Shown here one piece after another: positions 30,831 through 38,722 of a DNA stretch of 42,090 nt. Every line of letters starts with the position of its first letter. The stretch's first letter is position 1. The notes below the pieces were generated by a model. That model did not search any database and was not told the origin of the DNA. It saw nothing but the letters and a program-made list of their open reading frames with translations. This DNA is from a virus: the IMG/VR virus record IMGVR_UViG_3300018080_000056. One strand, written 5' to 3'. The position numbers and the translations under genes were made by a program.

Positions 30831-31012
30831 CTCTTCTTACCTCCTTTTTTGTGGGTGTAGTATTCACACGGGGAGGGAGTCCTAATCAACCCAAAGGCAT
30901 TGTCCTGAATCAAGGGCTCCTTTCGTTTTTTGCAAAACATTTCAGACGCCCTCCCCGTTTTTTTCCACTCGAAGTGCCTGCAATTCGGGCACTCGAAGAT
31001 GTTGTAAATCAC
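30827..31012 (-). CDS. Small zinc-finger-like protein (61 aa).
   Basis: CPNC ... C..., basic C-terminus. ORF track. Confidence 0.5.
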   Translation of the reverse strand: MIYNIFECPNCRHFEWKKTGRASEMFCKKRKEPLIQDNAFGLIRTPSPCEYYTHKKGGKKR

Positions 31013-31425
31013 TTATTTACCTTCCAATCCTTAGCCTCTCCTTGCATTAGGGCTTTTTCAAGTTTTCGTATTCGCTCTTGGTCGGCGTAATGTGGCATGT
31101 CGTCCAGCTCAGGGTGGGTTTCCTCAAAATGCAGGAGCGCCATCAGATTCCAGGCTCCATGAGCCAGGTGGTCTTCATCCTCCATGCCCATCATGTACTG
31201 GATTATGTGTCGGATGGCACTGTCAAGGACACGAGAGAATGGAAAGCCTTTCTCCCAATTCCTGTCCTCGTACTTTACCGCACCTTTCTCACAGACCTGG
31301 GCGATACGCCACAGGGCAAAGGGGCTCATTAAATCGAACCTGCCCTTTCCTGTCCTCTTATCACGAACAGCGCCGCTTTTATGCTGCTCTCTTTTGCCGC
31401 TGTCCTTCATCTCATATTCCCTCAC
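31009..31425 (-). CDS. DUF5664 / dATP-dGTP diphosphohydrolase N-terminal-like (MazZ-N-like) domain protein (138 aa).
   Basis: GKGRFDLMSPFALWRIAQVCEKGAVKYEDRNWEKG..SRVLDSAIRHI....EDEDHLAHGAWNLMALLHF matches the family pattern as I recall it (GKxRxDL..al..lA.vl..GA.KY...NW.kG...sr...A..RH......D....HLaHa.wN). Confidence 0.6.
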   Translation of the reverse strand: MREYEMKDSGKREQHKSGAVRDKRTGKGRFDLMSPFALWRIAQVCEKGAVKYEDRNWEKGFPFSRVLDSAIRHIIQYMMGMEDEDHLAHGAWNLMALLHFEETHPELDDMPHYADQERIRKLEKALMQGEAKDWKVNK

Positions 31426-31820
31426 TTCTTTTCCTCCTCTTTGAATTCACTCCTCAGCACGAAGTAAATCACGGTTACATACTCGAAGATGTTGAAGTCA
31501 TCGCCATAGGCTTCCCTCATGGCATCAACGAGCCCGTCAAAACAACAGCACTTAGGGTCGTGCTCCCAACGAAGGGTGATTGCTGGCATCTCAGAACACT
31601 TATAAATGTCCGTGCCAAGGATGATAATGTCTGTAGAGTCTTTGATTCTCTCGTCGGTAGGCTTTGCTTTGTACACCCCCGATGCGCCAAACCATTTCAA
31701 TCCCCTACGAACAGTTACGTTGATTCCCTTTCGGAAAGCATAGGTTCCAAAGAGAAGCTCTCTTTTTTTCTGATTGCTTTTTCTTTTCATTTTTCTCTCC
31801 TTTATTATTGGGGTGCTCAT
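31422..31820 (-). CDS. ASCH-like (PUA-fold) domain protein (132 aa).
   Basis: INVTVRRGLKW...IIILGTDIYKCSEMP...LVDAMREAYGDDFNIFEYVTVIYFVL resembles ASCH-domain topology. Weak call. Confidence 0.4.
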   Translation of the reverse strand: MSTPIIKERKMKRKSNQKKRELLFGTYAFRKGINVTVRRGLKWFGASGVYKAKPTDERIKDSTDIIILGTDIYKCSEMPAITLRWEHDPKCCCFDGLVDAMREAYGDDFNIFEYVTVIYFVLRSEFKEEEKK

Positions 31821-32227
31821 TCGTTCATCCCCTTATTCTCCAACTGAGCCACGAAGTCTAAGACCTCATGCCAGTTGTCCTCAAGCCTAAACCCCCTGTC
31901 GTCTATGTAGAGCGAACCGAGGGGTTTACCCTTGTCAATCCAGACCTCATCGTATGGGATTTGATGAAGGCGCAGGATGCGATGAACGCGCCTGTTTAAG
32001 TCCCCAATGCCGTACTTCTTATTGATGTGCACGTTGTTGATGCGACAGGTCTGAATGACTATCCTGTGCCCCATTGCCCTGAGTTTATGGAGGGTCTCGA
32101 TTGCCCCAGGCTTGGGCTCACCGTAGTAGTTATGCTCGTGCTTCTGCCATTTCTCCATATCAAACTCAAGAATGGTTCCGTCAAGGTCAACCACTATTGT
32201 CATCTTTCTTCTCCTTTCTGGGCTCAC
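31817..32227 (-). CDS. HAD-superfamily phosphatase (136 aa).
   Basis: Motif I VVDLDGT. Motif II-like VIQTCR. C-terminal KGKP...YIDDR. Confidence 0.65.
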   Translation of the reverse strand: MSPERRRKMTIVVDLDGTILEFDMEKWQKHEHNYYGEPKPGAIETLHKLRAMGHRIVIQTCRINNVHINKKYGIGDLNRRVHRILRLHQIPYDEVWIDKGKPLGSLYIDDRGFRLEDNWHEVLDFVAQLENKGMNE

Positions 32228-33548
32228 CGTAATAGTCTTTTAGTAGCCCCTTGAGGTATGCTCCAGCATCAAGCTCGTGGCTGTACTTATAGGGCTTAAC
32301 CTTGTGTACGTCAGGAAGGTCGAGCCGAAGCGGATACCGCCAAGTCACGCCGTAGTCTTTATGGATTCCAAAGAATAACTGTGTCGGTCTGCTAAACTCA
32401 AAGGAGCTGATGAGCGAAAATTCATTCCCGCCTACTACGGAGCCGTTTATGATTAACTCGCCTGGAGTCCTGTCAAGCTCTCCTGTGTTGTGGAAGTGCC
32501 CAAGGATTCTGTAATGCACATCAATGCCACGTCCTTGAAGCAAGTCTCCGAGGCGCCACATAGCCCGCTCGATTCCATACCAGGGAATTCTCATCCAGCT
32601 TCTAATAGAGTCTCCGTGCATGACCAGGAAATTCCACCCCCTTATCTCCTTCACGAGGAAGAAAGATTTAGGGAAGTGGCACTTAATCCTGTCGTTACCG
32701 ATGAGGAATGTGGATAGGAATTGATAGAACACGAAGTCCCAGTTTGTGTACCTTCTCTTGAAGCGCACTTTTTTTGTAAGCCTGCCGTGGTTCCCAAGGA
32801 CTCCATGAAGCTCTATCTCAGGGAATACCTGGGACAACTCAAGGATGAATTGAGCCGTGACGTATGCTCCGTTGAGAACCTGGAAGATAATATCCTCTGC
32901 GTTCTCGATAAGCTCTTCATGGATTCTCCCGCTGACCATATCGCCAAGCCCGAAGATGTGCAGCTTGTCTATCTTGTACCCCTTAAGTTTTTTTGTGGCT
33001 ATGCTCTTGATTGATTTGGCGAGATACTTCATTCTCCTGGTGAACACATCGAAGTTGTATTCGCCAAGCCCATACACATCTTCTGCCCGAACAATTTCCC
33101 CGATGTGAAGGTCTCCCAGTAAAAGCACCGCTGACTCGTTTGACGGCTTGTCAACGTCTGGTTTCCACGCCAGGTCAATCTTCGGGAGCGACTTAGCTAC
33201 ACCCCTAAGCACGGCTACCATCCTGTCTCCGATTGTCTTCTCCTTCTCCAGCACCTTGTACTTCGAGGTTACTATCTGGAGTTGCTGGACAACCTTGTGC
33301 TTCTCTGTATCCCTCCTTACCGCCTCCTTAGCCCCGCTTCCCTTGATTTTTTTCTTTTCCTCTTTGGTTGCTAAGGAGTAATAGTCTATGCCATAACGCC
33401 TACACGCCGACTCGACAGCATGTTCCGTGCGGGGAATCTCAAACTTCCCACGAATCTCAAGGGCAACATCTTTTGGATGAACCCTGTCTTTCTCCACTCG
33501 TTTTTTTAGGTATCTGATTTCTGCATCAGACCACTTTCTTCCTGCCAT
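32187..33548 (-). CDS. Calcineurin-like metallophosphoesterase (SbcD/Mre11-like fold) with an N-terminal Myb/SANT-like HTH (453 aa).
   Basis: LLLGDLHIG, GLGDMVSG, VLGNHG, VMHGDS and ILGHFH are the ordered phosphoesterase motifs. N-terminal RKWSDAEIRYLKK. Confidence 0.75.
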   Translation of the reverse strand: MAGRKWSDAEIRYLKKRVEKDRVHPKDVALEIRGKFEIPRTEHAVESACRRYGIDYYSLATKEEKKKIKGSGAKEAVRRDTEKHKVVQQLQIVTSKYKVLEKEKTIGDRMVAVLRGVAKSLPKIDLAWKPDVDKPSNESAVLLLGDLHIGEIVRAEDVYGLGEYNFDVFTRRMKYLAKSIKSIATKKLKGYKIDKLHIFGLGDMVSGRIHEELIENAEDIIFQVLNGAYVTAQFILELSQVFPEIELHGVLGNHGRLTKKVRFKRRYTNWDFVFYQFLSTFLIGNDRIKCHFPKSFFLVKEIRGWNFLVMHGDSIRSWMRIPWYGIERAMWRLGDLLQGRGIDVHYRILGHFHNTGELDRTPGELIINGSVVGGNEFSLISSFEFSRPTQLFFGIHKDYGVTWRYPLRLDLPDVHKVKPYKYSHELDAGAYLKGLLKDYYGEPRKEKKDDNSG

Positions 33549-33560
33549 TGTTTTCCTCCT

Positions 33561-34022
33561 TTATGCTCTCCACTCGAAACCCTCGTATCCCCTATTGGAC
33601 AGCTCTTCCTTGATTTGCTCTGGGGTGTACGCCAACAGCCTGTTCCTCAACCTTGTGTGGTCAAGACCTATTAAGGTGCAAGTATTGTAAAAGCTAAATA
33701 CATACTCCTGGGCTTCGCTCGTGTTGATTGGCAGCATGATATATTCGAGAGCCTCTGCCCCACGCTCAATGATTCTTCTTTGAGCCTGGGTTCTCTTATA
33801 TCTCTTCAGGTAGTCTCCAACCATTGCTGTTCCGTATGCTTTCGACCTGTGGTACTTCGACATTCTTATCAGCTTCGCCTCTCTCATCAGCGACTTGTCG
33901 TTGCCAGCCATAGCTTTAGCCACGAGGTAGTCCAGGCATTGAGTAAGCAGGCACCTGATTAAAAGTTTTCTCTCACCAGAAAACTCTATGTCCTCGCTGA
34001 GTTTGTCTGCCAGGTCAAACAT
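33561..34022 (-). CDS. Hypothetical protein (153 aa).
   Basis: ORF track. SD present. Confidence 0.55.
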   Translation of the reverse strand: MFDLADKLSEDIEFSGERKLLIRCLLTQCLDYLVAKAMAGNDKSLMREAKLIRMSKYHRSKAYGTAMVGDYLKRYKRTQAQRRIIERGAEALEYIMLPINTSEAQEYVFSFYNTCTLIGLDHTRLRNRLLAYTPEQIKEELSNRGYEGFEWRA

Positions 34023-34023
34023 T

Positions 34024-34287
34024 TCAGAACCTCATCCTTAGCTTTGGGGGCAACTTAAAGAGAGTCAGGCTGAGCCAGTCTCTCTTTAAGAAGTATTTGC
34101 AGTCGTTGTCCTTATTTTGCTGCGAAGGGTTTATGGGGTATTCGTAGCTATACCCAAACCACGTAGGGTTCTCCTTAACAATCCTCGTGCACACGCCTAT
34201 CTCTGCCATCACGCCAGGGGCTACACGGTTCGACTGCCTCTTCATAAACACGCAGTCCTTGCAAAAAACTCTTTTCACCTTAGTCAT
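34024..34287 (-). CDS. Hypothetical Cys-containing protein (87 aa).
   Basis: ORF track. SD AAGGAGGTAAAAAATG, preceded by the conserved palindromic element. Confidence 0.55.
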   Translation of the reverse strand: MTKVKRVFCKDCVFMKRQSNRVAPGVMAEIGVCTRIVKENPTWFGYSYEYPINPSQQNKDNDCKYFLKRDWLSLTLFKLPPKLRMRF

Positions 34288-34651
34288 TTTTTACCTCCTT
34301 GTTAACTAAAGTAGTTAATACCTCTCGTAAAAAAGGGGGAGCCTCGCTCGGCTGATATATAAATTTCTTCCACCCTTTATAATCAACCCATACCCATATC
34401 TCCTTCAGGCAGCACGAGGGCATCCTGAAGCTGGCTATCGCCTCTCTCGTTTGCTTTCTACACCTGTTTGATTTCACCTGGATGAACCTCATGTACCTCC
34501 TGCATGGGCTGATTGCCATAATGTCAAACAGGTTGAACATATCCTTGCTCTGGTAGGTGCTCCATGTGGGAGACCAGACTTCATAGCCGTCACGAATCAA
34601 CGCCTTGCGGCATCTGGCTTCGTTTATCCGCCCCTTTCTTGTAGTGTTCAT
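34280..34651 (-). CDS. PD-(D/E)XK nuclease, Holliday-junction-resolvase-like (Hjc-type), 123 aa.
   Basis: GRINEARCRKALIRDGYEV ... FDIMAI ... IQVKS gives the E...D...QVK catalytic pattern. Confidence 0.55.
   Translation of the reverse strand: MNTTRKGRINEARCRKALIRDGYEVWSPTWSTYQSKDMFNLFDIMAISPCRRYMRFIQVKSNRCRKQTREAIASFRMPSCCLKEIWVWVDYKGWKKFIYQPSEAPPFLREVLTTLVNKEVKND
34302..34322 (-). promoter_or_regulatory. Conserved element copy B: palindrome TTAACTA-N3-TAGTTAA plus TACC, immediately upstream of an SD.
   Basis: Minus sense GGTATTAACTACTTTAGTTAACAAGGAGG. Near-identical to 38723-38743. Confidence 0.6.
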
Positions 34652-35148
34652 TACGAAAACCTCTTTGCTGTATCCTTCACCAGGGCTTTAATCGTTGCAT
34701 CCGTGGGCTGCCATTGCTCGCCCTGGTCTTCGTTATCGTCCATCACCCCTCTTTTTTTCTTATCAAGCCGCTCCCAATTCCTGCGCCACCTATCCCCTAC
34801 TTCGCACTTATCACACGGGACGGCAACGATATACGTCCCGATTCTGTACTTCTTTTCTTGTAGTGTTACGCCCACGTCAGCGCACTTCTTACACCTAACC
34901 TCCCTCCCTTCATCCTCGTAGATGTGTTGACTACTCCCGCTCACCTCGCCTATCGCACGCTCGAATGTCGCCGGCATGGGAAACCAACTGCCCTCGTGGG
35001 TTCCCCTCACTTCATCAACAGCCTTCCTGAATATCTTAATGTCCACATCTTTGAAGCCCTGGTAGTGAGTGTCGAGGGCTCCGTCTGAGATGGGGAGACA
35101 CACCTTCAGCAAGGGCTCTACAGCTTTCATGTATTCTTCCTTGGTCAT
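34651..35148 (-). CDS. Hypothetical replication-module protein with a zinc ribbon (165 aa).
   Basis: Track ORF trimmed from TTG 35154 to ATG 35148. CKKC ... CDKC. It follows the replisome organizer, the position of a helicase-loader analogue (unproven). Confidence 0.55.
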   Translation of the reverse strand: MTKEEYMKAVEPLLKVCLPISDGALDTHYQGFKDVDIKIFRKAVDEVRGTHEGSWFPMPATFERAIGEVSGSSQHIYEDEGREVRCKKCADVGVTLQEKKYRIGTYIVAVPCDKCEVGDRWRRNWERLDKKKRGVMDDNEDQGEQWQPTDATIKALVKDTAKRFS

Positions 35149-35225
35149 TACCAATCCTCTCTGTTGTCAAAGAATATCCAGATAATCACCAAGGCAATCA
35201 TCGAAAATAAAATTACTTCACACAT
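35148..35225 (-). CDS. Micro-ORF, 25-aa hydrophobic peptide (MCEVILFSMIALVIIWIFFDNREDW).
   Basis: Own translation. SD GGAGACTAAGATG. Its stop overlaps the next ATG (TAATG). Confidence 0.3.
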   Translation of the reverse strand: MCEVILFSMIALVIIWIFFDNREDW

Positions 35226-35226
35226 C

Positions 35227-36003
35227 TTAGTCTCCTTTCCTAGCCCATCTCTCGGCTATTTCCATGTTAGACAGGCGCTTCTTTTTATACTGACCCTCCA
35301 GTACCTTGATGTAGTTAGAGGGCTTGAGAATCCAATCGAAGGTTATGACCCACCCCTCTTTGTTGTCGCCGAGGAGAAACGCCTGCTCTGCCGCAGCACT
35401 CAAGACCTCATCGAGGTTGAAGCCATTGTCCTTCATTCGTGCCCTCAACTGTCTCTCCCTCGTGGAGCCTGAGACAATACCCCTCACCTTTGGAAGGCTG
35501 TGTTCCTCAGCAAAGGCGTTCCATTTTTCGAGAGTCAACATAATTATTTCTTTATTCTTTTCCTTCTTTTCTTTCTTTTCTTCTTCTTTCTTCTCTTCTT
35601 TTTTAAGAGTAAGAGAAGTATTTACATAGGTACCGCTTGTTGTCCGTTTGTTGTCCATTTGCTGTCCATTTTGTTGTCCACCCTCCTGATATTTTTCCCA
35701 GTAAGTTATTGATACTATTGAGTATTTATTGGTAGATTTGATGTCCACTTTGTTGTCCATTTTTAGAATGCTAAGGTATCTTATTAGTGTCGTGGGTCTG
35801 ATATTTAAGAACCCGCTAGCGTCTGGTCTCTTGAAAACAAACTGACCTGGCTTTAGGCGAACCACTTGATTCCCTATCATTTCCTCTCTCTCCTTGTAGG
35901 CTGCGCTGCATAGGCACCATATCCACACCTTGAGCAGTCCCTCGTTTCTAAACATCGGGTTATCAATTATCTTTCTCCACAGCTTTATGTATCCTGGTCT
36001 CAT
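35227..36003 (-). CDS. Replisome organizer / replication initiator (lambda O / DnaD-like winged-helix N-terminus) carrying internal iterons (258 aa).
   Basis: N-terminus YIKLWRKIIDNPMFRNEGLLKVWIWCL...GQFVF...TLIRYLSILK is typical of phage replication-protein N-domains. Low-complexity middle (EEKKEEEKKEKKEK). The iteron array lies inside the gene. Confidence 0.65.
   Translation of the reverse strand: MRPGYIKLWRKIIDNPMFRNEGLLKVWIWCLCSAAYKEREEMIGNQVVRLKPGQFVFKRPDASGFLNIRPTTLIRYLSILKMDNKVDIKSTNKYSIVSITYWEKYQEGGQQNGQQMDNKRTTSGTYVNTSLTLKKEEKKEEEKKEKKEKNKEIIMLTLEKWNAFAEEHSLPKVRGIVSGSTRERQLRARMKDNGFNLDEVLSAAAEQAFLLGDNKEGWVITFDWILKPSNYIKVLEGQYKKKRLSNMEIAERWARKGD
35637..35758 (-). repeat. Iteron cluster 2, inside the organizer gene: four exact GGACAACAA (minus sense) plus two one-mismatch variants, at 11-12 bp spacing.
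   Basis: Plus-strand TTGTTGTCC at 35637, 35648, 35671 and 35750. Variants TTGCTGTCC at 35659 and TTGATGTCC at 35738. Confidence 0.8.
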
Positions 36004-36104
36004 TCATTTCCTCTCCGAGTTGAGATGGGGCAGCGGCAGCCACAATGAAAGCAAAGCATGGAGGGGTTGGAGGATGAACCGCCGCCGCCCCTTATTGTCG
36101 TCAT
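36000..36104 (-). CDS. Micro-ORF, 34-aa Gly/Ser/Cys-rich peptide, translationally coupled at both ends.
   Basis: Own translation: MTTIRGGGGSSSNPSMLCFHCGCRCPISTRRGNE. ATGA overlap with the SSB stop and with the organizer start. Confidence 0.35.
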   Translation of the reverse strand: MTTIRGGGGSSSNPSMLCFHCGCRCPISTRRGNE

Positions 36105-36514
36105 TTAAATGATACCTCTTCGTCATCAGATTCTTCTGGGGCTTCCCATAGTTCTTCGTGCTCTTTTCTTTCTTGTGCATCTTTTTTTGAGTCTAGGAAT
36201 ATCAACTCCGTTGCGTTTATGTATGTGTTCTTTCGCTTATTACCCTCGTTGTCTTCCCATATACGAGTCTTCAGGGCTCCGCTGACCAAGACTCTTGAGC
36301 CCTTCTTGAGATACTTTTCTGCCAGCTCTGCGAGCTTGCCCCATACGGTAACCTCTATCCAGCTTGCATACTTAGCCCCGCCTCGGAAAATCTCGTTGAC
36401 GCCTATCGTAAATGACGCCAACTTTCTGCCCGACTCCTTTACCGTGTGAACCCTGGGGTCTTGAGCGACATATCCCGCCACGTCTGCTTTTGAAAACGAC
36501 CTTACAAACGCCAT
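36101..36514 (-). CDS. ssb: Single-stranded DNA-binding protein (137 aa).
   Basis: OB-fold pattern (VAGYVAQDPRV...ASFTIGVN...WIEVTVWGKLAE....KKGSRVLVSGALKTRIWED) and an acidic C-terminal tail ESDDEEVSFK. Confidence 0.8.
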   Translation of the reverse strand: MAFVRSFSKADVAGYVAQDPRVHTVKESGRKLASFTIGVNEIFRGGAKYASWIEVTVWGKLAELAEKYLKKGSRVLVSGALKTRIWEDNEGNKRKNTYINATELIFLDSKKDAQERKEHEELWEAPEESDDEEVSFK

Positions 36515-36705
36515 TATTCTTTACCTCCCGATGATATGTATTTCCTGATAGAACCCCTCAGTCCTTCGAGGCAGCCGCTACACACATCTGTGAGTAAGAG
36601 CTGAAGCGCTGCGCACTCAACCTTAAAGGAGCCGTTGAGGACTATCCCATCCTTCGTGTCGAATTCCTTCCCGCAAATATCGCAGAACACCTTGACTTCC
36701 TTCAT
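36514..36705 (-). CDS. Small zinc-ribbon-like protein (63 aa).
   Basis: Track ORF trimmed to MKEVKVFCDICG (SD AAGGAGGAAAAAGAAATG). CDIC ... CSGC. Confidence 0.5.
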   Translation of the reverse strand: MKEVKVFCDICGKEFDTKDGIVLNGSFKVECAALQLLLTDVCSGCLEGLRGSIRKYISSGGKE

Positions 36706-37547
36706 TTCTTTTTCCTCCTTGCCAGGCTCCTCTCTTTGCGGAGCCACCATATATCCACGAAGCGGCAGAATTCCTCAAAGAAACTATCAAGGACTTGACG
36801 CTCTATGATGTGCCACTCCATGTCGCCAGTATATTTATCTAGCCTCAGCATCGCTCCGCAATCTACGGTCTGACCGCTTCTTTCTTCCCACGCATGAACG
36901 TAGCTTGCCAGTTGCAGCTTGTGGTCGTGGTACAATCCGTTGGCAGTCTTGAAGTCTATGACGAACAGGTACCTGCTTTTTTTTGGCAGCGCTTTAACGC
37001 CAAGGTGTTCGGGAATACTCAGGTTCGCAACCAAATCAAGAGTGCCTGCGTAACGATGCTTTTCTGAGTAAACCCTTTCCTCTATCCCGACTGGCTCGAC
37101 ACAATACTCCCGAAGCCATTGATAGAATTTCTCGACTTGCTCTTTAAACTCAGGGGGCACAGACTCCATCCTCCCTGTCCTGAAGTATTCCTCGATGAGC
37201 CCATGCACTATAGTCCCCTTCTCGGCACCCTCTTTCGCAGCCTCTTCGGGTCTTTCCTTTGCCTTCTTCATCATCAGGGGGACGTCCAGACATTCGAGGA
37301 AATCCTTAGTCATCATGCCCTTTCCTGTAATGTGCATTTCATAGATGAGCTGGCTAACAAAGCTCTCCACCGCCGTCCGTGCATACCAGGAGTGAAGCCC
37401 TATCTTCTCGTTGATATTCAAGACAGTCGTTGACGAGGGCAGCTTAACGCCGAGGTCATCAACGAAATACTCCCTACCTTCTTTACTTTCAACTCTTCTT
37501 ATTCCCACTTTTTTTCTCCTTTCCTTTCTTTGATTTAACGAAAGCAT
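36702..37547 (-). CDS. PD-(D/E)XK (RecB/Cas4-like) exonuclease, probable partner of the annealase (281 aa; an alternative GTG start at 37508).
   Basis: RYAGTLDLVA ... FVIDFKT ... KLQLASYVHAW gives the D...D/ExK...QxxxY pattern. Confidence 0.65.
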   Translation of the reverse strand: MLSLNQRKERRKKVGIRRVESKEGREYFVDDLGVKLPSSTTVLNINEKIGLHSWYARTAVESFVSQLIYEMHITGKGMMTKDFLECLDVPLMMKKAKERPEEAAKEGAEKGTIVHGLIEEYFRTGRMESVPPEFKEQVEKFYQWLREYCVEPVGIEERVYSEKHRYAGTLDLVANLSIPEHLGVKALPKKSRYLFVIDFKTANGLYHDHKLQLASYVHAWEERSGQTVDCGAMLRLDKYTGDMEWHIIERQVLDSFFEEFCRFVDIWWLRKERSLARRKKK

Positions 37548-38568
37548 CCAGGGCTGTCTGCATGTTCTGAGCCAGGTACCACAAGTCTTCCTCGTTTCCC
37601 TCTGTCAGGGACAGGTTTCCGTATTGCTTGCCGATAAACCTTTTCCCCATCTTGCCTTGAACACCGTACAGATATTTTTTGAATTCCGTGTAGTCCAGAT
37701 TGTTCATCTTCTCGACCGTTACCTTTACCATCTGGACAATATCTTTCACGGCATCAGACACCTCTGGTTTTTTCTTATCGCCAGACGCAATCTTGCTCTG
37801 GTCTATGCCAGGGAGGGGCGAGTCGTCCTCCCCTTCTTCTGGAATATAAGGAGCGAAGGGAGCGTCCCCCTCGGTATTATCCTCATCAGCTTTTTCCCCG
37901 TCCTCCTTTCGTTTGGATTTGCTAGTATGCCCCTTGGGTTCATCTCCCTTCTTTCTCCATAGATACTTACCTTTCTTGCCTCTTCGAGCGTCCCAGGCAT
38001 TGTTGTCCCAGCATTTCTCGGCATACTTTTCTTTCCATGCCTTGATAAAACTGGGCTTCCACAGCTCTAAGCCTATGCCTATCCCCTTGCAAAGGCGCAT
38101 GAGTGCGTTACTCTTTGCCCCCTCGCAGGCGTCACTCCACGACATGGCAGGATTATTCTCGTGATACTCCTGCTCGCCGATGGCATAGCCGTATGGCTTT
38201 CCATCCACGAATAAATAGAATCCCCACATGAGAGAGTTACCACTTGGGCTCATCTCAGGCTTGGGTGTGGCGGGAATGATTGCCCACTTACCACCGAAGG
38301 CATCCCTAAGCCTCGTAACATACTCCATCCATGGTAGGTATATGAGCCCATCAGGTCTTATCTCGACAATCTCGTCCTCGATGGGGGCGAACAGGATTTC
38401 CTTCTGCTCGCCTGTAAACTCCACGGTTGCAGCCACGCCAAGCATGTCAATGACCTTATCGGATACAGTCTCAGACCTGGACACAGCCATTGGAGCCGCT
38501 GAGGGCTGCTCCGACTGGAGCCCTCCGCCCTCGTGCTTTACGATTGATGCTTCCTTACCTTCTGACAT
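37489..38568 (-). CDS. Rad52/Sak-like single-strand annealing protein (359 aa) with a long basic/acidic C-terminal extension.
   Basis: EIRPDGLIYLPWMEYVTRLRDAFGGKWA and ACEGAKSNALMRLCKGIGIGLELW match Rad52-family signatures as I recall them. Confidence 0.6.
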   Translation of the reverse strand: MSEGKEASIVKHEGGGLQSEQPSAAPMAVSRSETVSDKVIDMLGVAATVEFTGEQKEILFAPIEDEIVEIRPDGLIYLPWMEYVTRLRDAFGGKWAIIPATPKPEMSPSGNSLMWGFYLFVDGKPYGYAIGEQEYHENNPAMSWSDACEGAKSNALMRLCKGIGIGLELWKPSFIKAWKEKYAEKCWDNNAWDARRGKKGKYLWRKKGDEPKGHTSKSKRKEDGEKADEDNTEGDAPFAPYIPEEGEDDSPLPGIDQSKIASGDKKKPEVSDAVKDIVQMVKVTVEKMNNLDYTEFKKYLYGVQGKMGKRFIGKQYGNLSLTEGNEEDLWYLAQNMQTALDAFVKSKKGKEKKSGNKKS

Positions 38569-38710
38569 GAGCCTCCTCCTGTTGAGCCTCGAAATAAATT
38601 TGCCTTCGGTTCTGATACATCTTCTTGTGAAGCTTGCAGGCGCCCATGTTCTTACCTATCGGAGCGCCACACACAGGGCAGAACCGCCTTTTCTTTGATT
38701 TTCTACTCAT
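38555..38710 (-). CDS. Small basic zinc-binding protein (51 aa).
   Basis: Own translation: MSRKSKKRRFCPVCGAPIGKNMGACKLHKK.... SD AGGAGGATTAAATG. Its end overlaps the annealase start. Confidence 0.45.
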   Translation of the reverse strand: MSRKSKKRRFCPVCGAPIGKNMGACKLHKKMYQNRRQIYFEAQQEEAHVRR

Positions 38711-38722
38711 TTAATCCTCCTG

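Noticed and set aside
31009-31425. A full 2-aminoadenine (Z-genome) pathway, inferred from the MazZ-N-like domain.
   Set aside because: I could recognise no PurZ (adenylosuccinate-synthetase-like) or DatZ (HD-domain dATPase) candidate anywhere in the 42 kb. Only the stand-alone N-domain is present, and that domain is widespread in ordinary phages.
31092-31847. A 251-aa plus-strand ORF, and the neighbouring plus-strand ORFs 31078..31332 and 31184..31444.
   Set aside because: They are antisense to three motif-supported minus-strand genes (MazZ-N-like, ASCH-like, HAD). They have Pro/Ser/Cys-rich translations and no SD.
38228-38698. A 156-aa plus-strand ORF.
   Set aside because: It is antisense to the Rad52-like annealase gene.
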